Source: a virus
Strand: one strand, 5' to 3'
Length of the DNA stretch: 64,000 bases
Virus record (IMG/VR): IMGVR_UViG_3300028901_000316
Of the stretch, positions 35,068-44,202 are shown piece after piece. The notes below the pieces were generated by a model. The model was not told where the DNA came from. It saw only the letters and a program-made list of their open reading frames with translations, and did not search any database. Every line of letters starts with the position of its first letter. The first letter of the stretch is position 1. Both the position numbers and the translations under genes were made by a program.

Positions 35068-35958
35068 TCAGACTCCGGAAGATTTTGTTTCCGCCGCCTT
35101 CACACTCGAGGGTTTGACCTCGACCACCTTTGGGGAGGACGTCTCGGTGTCGGGCGCGAGCGACGCGACTGCCGCACTGACGTGCTGCGCCATCTCCCGC
35201 ACCGCCGCACCGACCATCCCGACCGTGCCCGCGACGCTCAGGCCAGGCGACTCGTAGCCCTCGCCCGCAAAGTCCCACAGGCCCACGCGCTCAATCGCGC
35301 GGCTCGCGACCCAACGCCCGATCGTCTTCAGCACCGCAGTGTCGAGCTGGCGCAGCCGTGCCGGCGCCGGCGTGGTGACGGGATACCGAGGGCACAAGAG
35401 CGGCAGCACCAGTCGGTTCGGACCAATCGCATCGGTCGCCAGGTCGTGCGAGCCGTGCAGCCAGGTGCGGAGCCGCGCCAAGCCTTCGCCCGACGTGTCG
35501 GCGTACGGCACGTAGAGCTGATACGCGATCCCGTCGTGCGCCCGCACCGCCGGCAAGAACGGCTCGATTCGTTTGCGCATCGCGGTGTAGGTGTCGGCGG
35601 AGAGTTGCTCTTGGAACGCCCACCAGCGCGACTTCTCGCCTTCGGAGAGCAGGCCCGTGCACAACACCTTGCCGCGGAAACCGCCATCGAGGATCGCACG
35701 CCGCAGCTCCCCCGCCACCGCCGCGATCGCTTTGGGGCTCATCTTGCGGGTCGCCGACTCCCAATCGACCACGCACAGGTCGGCTCGTGGCGATAGGTCG
35801 AGCTTGAAGCCCAGCTCGCGCCGGAGCGCACCGCCGTCGAGCGACCCGGCGTACCCGAGGATCTTCTCGCTGTAGATGACGATCTGTCGCCGCACCGGCG
35901 CGGATCCGAAGTCGAAGGCCGTCTGGTCGGGCGTGATGAATGAATCGAAGATCGCCAT
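35068..35958 (-). CDS. Hypothetical protein, possible TIM-barrel glycoside hydrolase fold
   Basis: LCVVDWES, GIAYQLYVPY, LVLPLLCPRY, VGLWDF: alternating beta/alpha pattern with a DWE motif. Confidence 0.4.
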   Translation of the reverse strand: MAIFDSFITPDQTAFDFGSAPVRRQIVIYSEKILGYAGSLDGGALRRELGFKLDLSPRADLCVVDWESATRKMSPKAIAAVAGELRRAILDGGFRGKVLCTGLLSEGEKSRWWAFQEQLSADTYTAMRKRIEPFLPAVRAHDGIAYQLYVPYADTSGEGLARLRTWLHGSHDLATDAIGPNRLVLPLLCPRYPVTTPAPARLRQLDTAVLKTIGRWVASRAIERVGLWDFAGEGYESPGLSVAGTVGMVGAAVREMAQHVSAAVASLAPDTETSSPKVVEVKPSSVKAAETKSSGV

Positions 35959-35961
35959 CGC

Positions 35962-36471
35962 CTACTCCTTGTGCTTCGCCTGGCTGGCCGTGATGTCGCC
36001 GCCGAGGTCCGCGCCCAGCATCTGCCGCATCGCCTCATGCGCCTTGGTGGCGAACTCGGCCGCGCTGTCGGTCTTCTCCGCCTCGCTCGCGTACTTCGCG
36101 CTCAAGCCCAGCAGCTCGTCGATGCGTTCTTGAGCACGCAACATGTCGCGATCGGTCGCGGTCGCCTTGTGCTTCATGCGCTCGTAGAAGGCCAGCGCCT
36201 CCGCCGCCTTGTCCGCCTTCGGTGCTTTCGCGGAATCCCGGATCGCCGCCCGCGCGGCAGACATGAACCGCTCGACCTGCGACGGTGCCACACGATCTCG
36301 TTTGAGACGCTTCGCCAAGTGCCGCTTGATGGCGTGCTTCGTATGGCCTTCGCAGATCATGTCCGCGACTTCCTCGATGAGGTCGTCGGTCGTGACCGTG
36401 CGAGGCCGCCCGCGCCGACGCGATCGCTCGCGCCCGCCACTCGCGCCACCGCTGGACTTGTCCGATGCCAC
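35962..36471 (-). CDS. Probable terminase small subunit
   Basis: RGRPR + helical/HTH-like N-terminus, RAQERIDELLGL; position upstream of terL. Confidence 0.6.
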   Translation of the reverse strand: MASDKSSGGASGGRERSRRRGRPRTVTTDDLIEEVADMICEGHTKHAIKRHLAKRLKRDRVAPSQVERFMSAARAAIRDSAKAPKADKAAEALAFYERMKHKATATDRDMLRAQERIDELLGLSAKYASEAEKTDSAAEFATKAHEAMRQMLGADLGGDITASQAKHKE

Positions 36472-36596
36472 GCATACCGCCCTCGGCACACGCTCCCGTG
36501 CCCGAACGGCCCCGCGCACGCGCGCGCGACCCAGAAAGGGAGCACGCCACGCTAACCCGAGCTATTGGTTGCGCTCAACGCATATGCGGTGCTTAT

Positions 36597-37091
36597 TCAG
36601 CCCGTGAAGCGGGACTCGTCAAACCAGTCCTTCGGTCCGGTGCGTCCCTTCCAACGCGCAGCTTCGGGCAGCGCGCCCATGCTCTGGAGGATCTTGACCG
36701 CGTCGAACACCAATCGGGCCGAGTCGACTTCCGCGGCCGCCTTCGCTTGCGGCGGCACCTCGCCCGACCGGCACGCGGCCCGAACGCGCTCGGCTGACCG
36801 CACGGCGGTCGCCCAGACGTCTCCCGCAATCCGGCAGGCCTCAACTTCCGGGTCGCCGATCGCTCGCTCTTCCCGCGCCGTCTCGATCAGCGCCTCGACA
36901 TCCGCGTCCGAGATCCCCAGCACCTGCGCCGCCTCCGCGCGGGCAATCCCACCCCAGACCATGTGGTCCACCACGCGTACAAGGTCCTCGCGCGGAAGGT
37001 CTGCCGCGCTGATTCGCTTGCTCTGGATGCCGGTGAGCAGTTCGAGCACGCGCGTTTGAGTCTTCGCCGCCTTGGTGGGTTTCTTCGCCAT
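36597..37091 (-). CDS. HTH-containing hypothetical protein
   Basis: VVDHMVWGGIARAEAAQVLGISDADV HTH-like pattern. Confidence 0.65.
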   Translation of the reverse strand: MAKKPTKAAKTQTRVLELLTGIQSKRISAADLPREDLVRVVDHMVWGGIARAEAAQVLGISDADVEALIETAREERAIGDPEVEACRIAGDVWATAVRSAERVRAACRSGEVPPQAKAAAEVDSARLVFDAVKILQSMGALPEAARWKGRTGPKDWFDESRFTG

Positions 37092-37499
37092 GCCGTTCCG
37101 ATCGGTTCGGCCCGCGCCGGTCTGAATGGCTGGTGGTTGGCCGGTCGCGATCCGCCGCGCGTTGGCCGAACTGTCCGGCATATCCGGATCGTTCCGCCCA
37201 GACCGAGCGGGCGGCCGACGTTTGCCCACGCCGCGACGCCGATCCCCAAGCCCCCGCCCGAGCGACCGCCCCGCCGCTTCGCCACACGGGCCAACCACGC
37301 CCGCGACGGGCGGCAACTCGCGGCCAATTCCGGGCGCGCTGGCTCGCTCGCCCGCGCCGTAACGCACCGGCCCAAGGGATAGGCCTTGATCTGCAGAACA
37401 TGCGGCGGATCTCGCCGCAACGCCTTGCATGTCTGGCCCTTGCGCGGCTTCATGTGTCCACGCGGACCGCGAGGCCGCGAACAAGAAAGGACGCGAGCC

Positions 37500-37790
37500 A
37501 TGATGATCCGCAAGATTGAACTGACTGGGCTGCTTGAAGACGTGTCGATCCGCCGCACGAGCCACGAGGGGGGCGCGGTCGCGACGGTAATGCGCCCGCT
37601 GCCTGATGGAATGCGCGGCCCGGTGGTGATCGGCAAGTTCACCCGCGAGCACACGCGGGAACAACGGCTTGAGATCGCCGCATCGGTCGCCGAGCCCATC
37701 TACGGGCTCAACCGCCGCGGACGGGCCGACGCCCCCAACTCGTCGATTCACGAACTCCTCGACCTGATCGACCGGGTCGCCGGATTCTGA
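37500..37790 (+). CDS. Hypothetical protein (96 aa)
   Basis: MMIRKIELTGLLEDV...; first gene of a plus-strand three-gene cluster. Confidence 0.6.
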   Translation: MMIRKIELTGLLEDVSIRRTSHEGGAVATVMRPLPDGMRGPVVIGKFTREHTREQRLEIAASVAEPIYGLNRRGRADAPNSSIHELLDLIDRVAGF

Positions 37791-37873
37791 CGCCAGCCGA
37801 CCGCGAGGCGGGCTTGACGGCCCGCCCACGCGATTCCCCAGCCCAATTGGGGGCTGGCTTTGGAGAACGAGTC

Positions 37874-38326
37874 ATGAGCAAGAAGAGCAAGGGCGGCAAG
37901 TCAGCGAAGCAGGCCAAGGCGCCGAGCAAGAAAGCCAAGGTCGCGACCGGCGACGCCATCACCAAGAAGGCCCGCGCCGAGATCGCCGATCGCATCAAGC
38001 GACTCGAGTCGGACGAGACCGCGAGCGAATCGCCGACCGAGCAGCCCACCAAGCCCGCTCGCGAGCCGAAGGTTCGGCGCGAGCCCAAGCCCAAGCGGAT
38101 GAGCCTGCTCGACGCCGCGGCCTACATCCTCGCGAGTGAGCCCAAGCCGCTCGGAGCCAAGGACCTGGTGAAGCTGGTCACCAGCGCGGGCCTTTGGACC
38201 AGCCCGGGCGGCAAGACGCCCGAAGCGACCCTCTACGCCGCGATGACCCGCGAGATCGCCAAGAAGGGCGACGCGTCAAGGTTCGCCAAGGTCGAGCGCG
38301 GGCTCTTCATCGGAAAGGCGGCTTGA
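37874..38326 (+). CDS. HARE-HTH (HB1/ASXL/restriction endonuclease wHTH) domain protein
   Basis: RMSLLDAAAYILASEPKPLGAKDLVKLV...LWTSPGGKTPEATLYAAMTREIAKKGDASRFAKVERGLF. Confidence 0.85.
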   Translation: MSKKSKGGKSAKQAKAPSKKAKVATGDAITKKARAEIADRIKRLESDETASESPTEQPTKPAREPKVRREPKPKRMSLLDAAAYILASEPKPLGAKDLVKLVTSAGLWTSPGGKTPEATLYAAMTREIAKKGDASRFAKVERGLFIGKAA

Positions 38327-38328
38327 AC

Positions 38329-38583
38329 ATGGCGATCCCCTGCGAAGAGGCTTCCACGCTGCTGAATGACGTTCTCGATCTCCTCGCCGCTCGACGCGAT
38401 GGCATGCTCGACCTCGACCACTTGGTTCGGCTCTCCCGGACAGTGGCGCGATGCGGCAGGGCATCGGGACTCGAGATCAAGACTGCCGACCTGTTGACCG
38501 AGCCCGATATCGACGCCGCGATGCGAGACGAGGACCTTCGATGGGACCTGTCCAGGGACGGCGAACTGGCCGACGCCAGTTAA
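38329..38583 (+). CDS. Hypothetical protein (84 aa)
   Basis: Starts 2 nt after the HARE-HTH stop; followed by a terminator. Confidence 0.6.
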   Translation: MAIPCEEASTLLNDVLDLLAARRDGMLDLDHLVRLSRTVARCGRASGLEIKTADLLTEPDIDAAMRDEDLRWDLSRDGELADAS

Positions 38584-38588
38584 GCCTT

Positions 38589-39884
38589 TTATCCCGGACC
38601 GCAGCCCGCCCCCGCCACAGCGGGGGCTTTCTCGTTGCACTCGCTTAAGGCCGGAACCCGCTCCGCCTTGCGGCCGGTAAACGCCTCCCACCGGCGCACC
38701 GCGACCTCGACGAACACGGGCTGGATCTCGATCGCGAAGCACCTGCGGCCCTCGCGTTCCGCCGCGATCAACTGACTGCCGCTCCCCGAGAACGGTTCAA
38801 AGCAGATGTCTCCGGGCTTGGTGTGTTTCCGCATCGGCCTTGCGAAGATCTCGACGGGCTTTTGGGTCGGGTGCTCGTTTCCGACAACCCGCGACTTCCC
38901 CTCCCAGTCGATTTCCCACACAGAGTTGAACTGGTGGTCGGAATCGTGCGCAGGCATCGATCCCTTCACCCATCCCATCATGCATGGCTCGTGGCGGAAG
39001 TGCCAGAAGACACGACCGAACACGGGCGTGGGCTTGACCCAGATGACCTGCTGGTGATCCAAGATTCCAAGTTCATCCCAGATTTTGCTGATCAATGCCT
39101 GCCGCTTATGGGCGTGCCAGCAGTAAATTGCCGCGTTCTTTTCAAGCACGTGGGCCACATTGCCGAACACCCCGCGGAAGAAGCTGTCGGCATCGGTGAT
39201 GTCGATCTCGCGATAAGTTGCGGACCAGTCCTTCCCAACCCCGTCGCCTCGCTCGCCGGTGTAGTCGACCAAATAGGGCGGATCCGTAGCGACGAGCGCG
39301 GCGCGATGACCGTCCATGACGCGTTCAACATCGCGGCGGTTCGTGCTGTCTCCACAGAGCAGCCGGTGATTGCCGAGAATCCACATGTCGCCGCGGCAGG
39401 TGACTGTCGTCGCGGGCGGCTCAGGCACGTCGTCAGACTGGGTCTTTCCCATTGTCGGCGTCGCGAGCATCTCCCCGATAAGCCGGCTCGCGTCAGGCAC
39501 GTCAAAGCCCGTCAGCGCGATGTCGGTCCCGCCCTGCATCAGGCCCTGCAGCACTTCGGCCAGCTTGGCGTTGTCCCACTCGCCCGAGATCTTGTTGAGC
39601 GCGATGTTGAGCGCACGTTCCTTCGCGCCATCGAGATCGACGACACTGACCGGCGCCTCGGTTTCGCCATGGTGGAGCAGCACCGCGAGCCGCTGGTGTC
39701 CGCCCACGAGGTTGCCGGTCCGCTCGTTCCACACGAGTGTGCCCACGTTGCCAAACTCGGCCATCGAGCGTGCGAGCGATTCCCACTCGGGGTCGCCTGG
39801 TTTGAGCTGCTTGCGCGGGTTGTAGGCGACAGGGTTGATCTTGCTCAGGGGCAGCACGCGGGTTTCGGCAGTACGGATTTGCAT
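38589..39884 (-). CDS. ParB-like N-terminal domain + amino-DNA methyltransferase
   Basis: NPVAYNPRK...VWNERTGNLVGGHQR; HRLLCGDST, VATDPPY, HPTQKPVE, CFEPFSGSGSQLIAAE. Confidence 0.92.
   Translation of the reverse strand: MQIRTAETRVLPLSKINPVAYNPRKQLKPGDPEWESLARSMAEFGNVGTLVWNERTGNLVGGHQRLAVLLHHGETEAPVSVVDLDGAKERALNIALNKISGEWDNAKLAEVLQGLMQGGTDIALTGFDVPDASRLIGEMLATPTMGKTQSDDVPEPPATTVTCRGDMWILGNHRLLCGDSTNRRDVERVMDGHRAALVATDPPYLVDYTGERGDGVGKDWSATYREIDITDADSFFRGVFGNVAHVLEKNAAIYCWHAHKRQALISKIWDELGILDHQQVIWVKPTPVFGRVFWHFRHEPCMMGWVKGSMPAHDSDHQFNSVWEIDWEGKSRVVGNEHPTQKPVEIFARPMRKHTKPGDICFEPFSGSGSQLIAAEREGRRCFAIEIQPVFVEVAVRRWEAFTGRKAERVPALSECNEKAPAVAGAGCGPG
38608..38632 (+). terminator. Intrinsic terminator between convergent units
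   Basis: GCCCCCGC-CACA-GCGGGGGC-TTTCT. Confidence 0.65.
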
Positions 39885-39893
39885 GCCGCCAAC

Positions 39894-40505
39894 CTAAGCC
39901 GCAGACCCGGTTGCGCACTTCGTGCGCCGTGCACGTGTGTTGACGAGGGGCTCCACCTGCTCGCGCTCGATCGCTCGCCGCAGATCCCGCTGACCGAGTC
40001 GCAGCAGCTTCGGGTCATGATGCACGTGCGCGAAGCCACGGAGCCAATAGGGACGCAGGATCTTCGGCTTGACGTCGAGATAGCCCCATGCGGGCTTCCC
40101 GTTGATGCAGGCCCACGAGCCGGCCATAAAGGCCTCGTGTTCTTGCCGCACCCACTCGGGGATGTTGGGCCAGGTGCAGCACGCGCCGTCATGCGCCTTC
40201 GACCAATAGAGCTGGGGCGGAACGTAAAACTCATCCTCGTGCGGGTCGAAGTCGTGAATCGACTCGGCGCGGCGCCGGAGGATGTGGGCCGCGATCTTGC
40301 CCAGCGCGCGGGATTCGGTCCGGCGCACCACGCTGATGCGGCAGCCGAGCAGGACCGCGAGCTGCGATGCCTCGAGGGGATAGCCGCGGCGAAAGAGTTC
40401 GAGCACGACCTGCGGGTCGCGCATGATGTGGGTTCGCCCGCCCTTTGGGCCGGCCTGAGGTTTGAGGATCGCGAGCAGCCCATCGGGCTGGGGTTGAGAG
40501 ACCAT
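39894..40505 (-). CDS. Hypothetical protein with an HTH-like N-terminus
   Basis: DPQVVLELFRRGYPLEASQLAVLLGCRISVVRRTESRALGKI. Confidence 0.65.
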   Translation of the reverse strand: MVSQPQPDGLLAILKPQAGPKGGRTHIMRDPQVVLELFRRGYPLEASQLAVLLGCRISVVRRTESRALGKIAAHILRRRAESIHDFDPHEDEFYVPPQLYWSKAHDGACCTWPNIPEWVRQEHEAFMAGSWACINGKPAWGYLDVKPKILRPYWLRGFAHVHHDPKLLRLGQRDLRRAIEREQVEPLVNTRARRTKCATGSAA

Positions 40506-40635
40506 GGCCGTCCTTGACCGGGCTCATGCGTGACACGGAAGCGCGGCGCACCTGAGCACCGTTGGGGCCGCGCGAATCAACGTGTCTTCTCTCGGGCGTA
40601 AGTATGGCGTCAGTTCTACACCGCGGCAAGTTCGC

Positions 40636-40863
40636 TTAAATGCGCTTTGGACGCGACAGCGCCTTGGTGGCCGTGACCGCCCTGGCTTCGCCGACCACCT
40701 CACCTTTGAATGAGGTCACGACGTAGTGCGCACGAAGCCATCTGAGCTTGACGAAGAGCAGCCAGACGATGAAGTACCACACGCTGGATTCTCGCCACCA
40801 AGAACGAACCATCATCTTGGCAGTGGCGGTGATGGTCTGTTGATCTCGCACAAACAGTCGCAT
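40636..40863 (-). CDS. Small hypothetical membrane protein
   Basis: SVWYFIVWLLFVKL; GGAG RBS. Confidence 0.5.
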   Translation of the reverse strand: MRLFVRDQQTITATAKMMVRSWWRESSVWYFIVWLLFVKLRWLRAHYVVTSFKGEVVGEARAVTATKALSRPKRI

Positions 40864-40873
40864 GTTTCTCTCC

Positions 40874-41656
40874 TCAAGAGGCCGCGCTGACAAGTCCGAG
40901 CGACGCGGGTGTCGCGATCCAGTTCGCACGCCCGGTGGTCGCGAGCGCGACCGTGAGCCAGTCCTCGATCTCGTTCCCCGCCTGGTCGTGCCCGATCTTG
41001 TACCGCTTGGCGTCCGTCGCGGCCAGCCGCGTCGACTTCTCGGGGTCAGCGCGGTTCTTCTCGAACTGGTCCCAAGCCCAGGAGAGATGCTCGGCGTCGA
41101 AGATCATCCGCTCGCCGCCATTGCGCCACACCACCGCCACCACGGTCCCCATCGCGCGGAAGCCGCCCACCAGTGCAGCGAGCTGGTGTTCCTTGATCCC
41201 GTGACCGCTCTCGGGCTGGCCGTCTCGCCCCACCGCGCGGAGAACCTTGAGTGACGCGGCCCGCTCCTCGTTCGCTTTTGCCTCCATCATGATCGGGATT
41301 GGGAGAAACATCGCGGTCGGGCCGGGGATGCGGACAAGCGCGGACCCCATGTAGTCGGCGCGCTGCCGAGACGCGAGGATGCGGGCCATCCCCGAACGCT
41401 TCGGATCTCGCAACATCGAGCGAGGCGCCGGCTGGGTCTCGACCGGCAGTTTGATGATGTCGGCGCGGCGGATCTGTCGCCAGTACCGGTGGGTGAACTC
41501 GAGGTCCTGCTCGAACGAGCGACCAGTGCGCTGAGCCGCTCGACCGCCGGCAGAGCGGTTGGAACTCACCGCCTCGCCAGGCTTCGCGATCTCGACCGCG
41601 CGTCCGCCCTCGATCCGATACCGACGCTTGAACTCCTCGATCGGCATCTCGTTCAT
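40874..41656 (-). CDS. RecU-like Holliday junction resolvase (PD-(D/E)xK)
   Basis: GRSFEQDL...IIKLPVE...ADYMG...MMEAK...IKEHQLAAL. Confidence 0.75.
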   Translation of the reverse strand: MNEMPIEEFKRRYRIEGGRAVEIAKPGEAVSSNRSAGGRAAQRTGRSFEQDLEFTHRYWRQIRRADIIKLPVETQPAPRSMLRDPKRSGMARILASRQRADYMGSALVRIPGPTAMFLPIPIMMEAKANEERAASLKVLRAVGRDGQPESGHGIKEHQLAALVGGFRAMGTVVAVVWRNGGERMIFDAEHLSWAWDQFEKNRADPEKSTRLAATDAKRYKIGHDQAGNEIEDWLTVALATTGRANWIATPASLGLVSAAS

Positions 41657-42024
41657 ATCAGCCTCGCTTTGATCGTCGCGTCTGGCAACTGCACAACCAC
41701 CATCGGATACGGCTTCCTGGGTGGCCGCGGTTTGAAGTGCTGTGGGAACGCCGACGCCAGTTCTTCCTCGAGGCGTCGCGCCTCGGTCGCCGCCACGTTG
41801 GTCGAGTGGTGGTACGGATGCAACCATCCGAGTCCGACGCACAGCCAGCAGGGGACGAAGTGGAAGTCGCTCGCTGCGTCGTCGCCGTTCCGGTTGAGAT
41901 GTCGCGACGTGCGGTTCACGCCATCGCCGCCGCAGCGCGGGCATTCATGCATCGCCGCTGCATCGCCACCACGCTCGGGGTACCGCATCCTCAATCTGAT
42001 TGGTTCGTTGTTGCTCGCGTCCAT
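41653..42024 (-). CDS. Zn-ribbon hypothetical protein
   Basis: CPRCGGDG...CWLCVGLG (DnaJ-type CxxCxGxG). Confidence 0.6.
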   Translation of the reverse strand: MDASNNEPIRLRMRYPERGGDAAAMHECPRCGGDGVNRTSRHLNRNGDDAASDFHFVPCWLCVGLGWLHPYHHSTNVAATEARRLEEELASAFPQHFKPRPPRKPYPMVVVQLPDATIKARLI

Positions 42025-42034
42025 GCGCCGCTCC

Positions 42035-42283
42035 TTAGTTTTCGTCGCCTTGGTCGGCTTCAAGCTCGCCCTGTTCCGCGATTGAGCAGGTCAGGTCGAG
42101 GATGAAGAGCGACGCCGCGAACGCGATCAGCTGGTCGTCCTTGGTCGGGAAGTCGAGCTTCGTCGCCGCCACCCGCTTGGTGATTCGGTTTCGCTGTTCA
42201 GCGTCGAGAAGCGCCCACATGTTGGAGAAGGCCTCTCGCTTCTGGTCAACGATCGCCCGCATCTTGGATGTTTGCTTGCTCAA
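42035..42283 (-). CDS. Hypothetical protein
   Basis: TTGA overlap, operon context. Confidence 0.5.
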   Translation of the reverse strand: MSKQTSKMRAIVDQKREAFSNMWALLDAEQRNRITKRVAATKLDFPTKDDQLIAFAASLFILDLTCSIAEQGELEADQGDEN

Positions 42284-42516
42284 ATGTCGGCTCCTTGCTT
42301 CGCGGCTTCCTTCCTCGCCTTTAGCTCACGCATCTTCTTCCACTGATCAGGATCGACATCGCACGTGGTGCAGAATATCGATGCTTCAGATTCGGCTGCC
42401 GACATCGGTTTGTCGCATGCGGCGCACCGCTCTGCCTCGCTGGGTTCCTCGGGCTGAGTGTCGCGCTCTCCGTCGCCAAAGCCGAGCGACAACTGCGTGG
42501 GCTTCTGGTTGCTCAT
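42280..42516 (-). CDS. Small CxxC hypothetical protein
   Basis: CAAC...CTTC; ATGA overlap. Confidence 0.55.
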   Translation of the reverse strand: MSNQKPTQLSLGFGDGERDTQPEEPSEAERCAACDKPMSAAESEASIFCTTCDVDPDQWKKMRELKARKEAAKQGADI

Positions 42517-43325
42517 GCGGCCTCCTGTTTACCGCTACCCCCGCTAATTGCCGCGTCCATCTCATCGCAAATCTCTCGTAGCTCGTTGAGAGCACGCTTC
42601 ACGGCGCCGAGCCGTTTCTTGGTGACGAATTTGCGAGCTTCTGCTGCTCGATCTGCCACATCACGCGGCACATCCCATCGTGAGATTTCGATGCCAACCT
42701 CGCGCAAGGCTTTAACAACCTCTTCGGCGTGCTTCCGCTGCCGCTCAGCTTCTTTCAGGTCTGCGTCTGCTTTGCACAGTTGATCCGCGGTGATCCGAGC
42801 GATTCGCTGAGCAGCAGCATGACCGGTTTCCTTTGCGTCATACTCCGTTGCCAGCCACCGCTTCCACTTTTCAACCTCCGCAGCGCGGTCGTGTGGTTTC
42901 TCATACCACTTCCGTCCGACCTGGACCCGCGTCATGAGCACATAGGTCATCAACTCAACCGGAGGCTCGATCACGCGGTGGACCGCGGGCTTCTTCTGGA
43001 AGAGCCGACTTCCGGTCTTTGCGACCCAGAGCAGGCCGACCTCTTTCGGCAGATCGTCAGGCTTGATCAGCTCCCACGGGCACACGAAGTAGAGGCGGTT
43101 ACAGAGCGGCAGGTAGTTGTGCCACTTCGAGTCTCCGAGGAAGTCCTTGCGGCTCTTCTTGACCTCGTAACCCGTAAAGCATGGATTCGCCCACGATCGA
43201 GCCATCGCCCACGCGTCGAGCCGGAAGTGTCCGCCACCCCACGTCGGACCGTCTTTGCACTCAGGAACGAACAGATCATCGGTGTGACGCTTCCCGATCA
43301 AGTCGATGATGTCAGATGTGCTCAT
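42513..43325 (-). CDS. MmcB-like PD-(D/E)xK nuclease-family protein
   Basis: RLDAWAM...TGYEVKKSRKDFLGDSKWHNYLPLCNRLYFVCP...LPKEVGLL. Confidence 0.8.
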   Translation of the reverse strand: MSTSDIIDLIGKRHTDDLFVPECKDGPTWGGGHFRLDAWAMARSWANPCFTGYEVKKSRKDFLGDSKWHNYLPLCNRLYFVCPWELIKPDDLPKEVGLLWVAKTGSRLFQKKPAVHRVIEPPVELMTYVLMTRVQVGRKWYEKPHDRAAEVEKWKRWLATEYDAKETGHAAAQRIARITADQLCKADADLKEAERQRKHAEEVVKALREVGIEISRWDVPRDVADRAAEARKFVTKKRLGAVKRALNELREICDEMDAAISGGSGKQEAA

Positions 43326-43705
43326 GCTCCAGCCCCTCCGCCAGGGAACTTGATAACTCGGTGCCGCAGCGCCTCTTGTCGGTCGCGGATATCAGCCCGT
43401 CTCTTCTCGTCCTCTCGCAGCTTCTGCCGACGTTCTGCTACCTCGCGCGCGGCCTTGAGCAGTCGTTCCACTGGGTTGTACGGCACAAACCCACGCGGGC
43501 GATTGCAGATCTTGCAGAAGCCTTCGCGCGAGAACTTGCACTCGTGCTCGGCGAGCAGAAGCGCTGCCCGCAGCTTCTTGACCGCATTGCCAACGCCTCG
43601 GAACTGGCCCCGAGTCGGCTTCGTGACTTCCACCAACTCAACGAGAGCGCGAGCCTCCTGGAGCGTGAGGCGACGACTGCACCGCAGATCGACGTGCTTA
43701 CCCAT
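43322..43705 (-). CDS. Hypothetical protein
   Basis: GGAGG RBS; CKIC motif; ATGA overlap. Confidence 0.55.
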   Translation of the reverse strand: MGKHVDLRCSRRLTLQEARALVELVEVTKPTRGQFRGVGNAVKKLRAALLLAEHECKFSREGFCKICNRPRGFVPYNPVERLLKAAREVAERRQKLREDEKRRADIRDRQEALRHRVIKFPGGGAGA

Positions 43706-43753
43706 GATGTTCCTCCGCACCGGTTTGCTTGAATGGATCGTTCGTCTGAATCG

Positions 43754-43954
43754 TCACGGGGGCATGCTTTGACCTTTAACCCAAAGCCATATAAAGCCGG
43801 TGCGCATGACCTCTTCAATCTCCGGCTTGGTGAGTCGCCACTTGGAGAGGATCATGCCTTCGGCTCGGTGAACCGGAAGCTCCAACACCTCGGGCGATCC
43901 GCTTGGGGCTGTCAAGTTGGCGTTCTGCTGCGGGAACGGAATGGGCTCTGGCAT
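43754..43954 (-). CDS. Small conserved-type phage protein
   Basis: MPEPIPFPQQNANLTAP...LPV...SKWRLTKPEIEEVMRTGFIWLWV. Confidence 0.65.
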   Translation of the reverse strand: MPEPIPFPQQNANLTAPSGSPEVLELPVHRAEGMILSKWRLTKPEIEEVMRTGFIWLWVKGQSMPP

Positions 43955-44202
43955 TACGGTTGTCCCCCTCTCGACCCGCGACACACCGGTGGTTGATGAG
44001 TCGGCACGAGAAGATCGCCGCACCGCACGCAGCGTGAAACCACCTGCTTGTATTCGACCCACCACGATCCCGGTAGACAAGGCATGACACCCGCGACAGG
44101 TCGCGTCGTGTCCAGAGACGAACCGAACGCATTTGGGGCCGACACAGACTGTGCAATCGCGTCGATTCCGCCATAGACGGTGTTGACAGCATGACCCTTC
44201 AT
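43954..44202 (-). CDS. Hypothetical protein
   Basis: TGATG/TAATG overlaps on both sides; CVRC motif. Confidence 0.5.
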   Translation of the reverse strand: MKGHAVNTVYGGIDAIAQSVSAPNAFGSSLDTTRPVAGVMPCLPGSWWVEYKQVVSRCVRCGDLLVPTHQPPVCRGSRGGQP

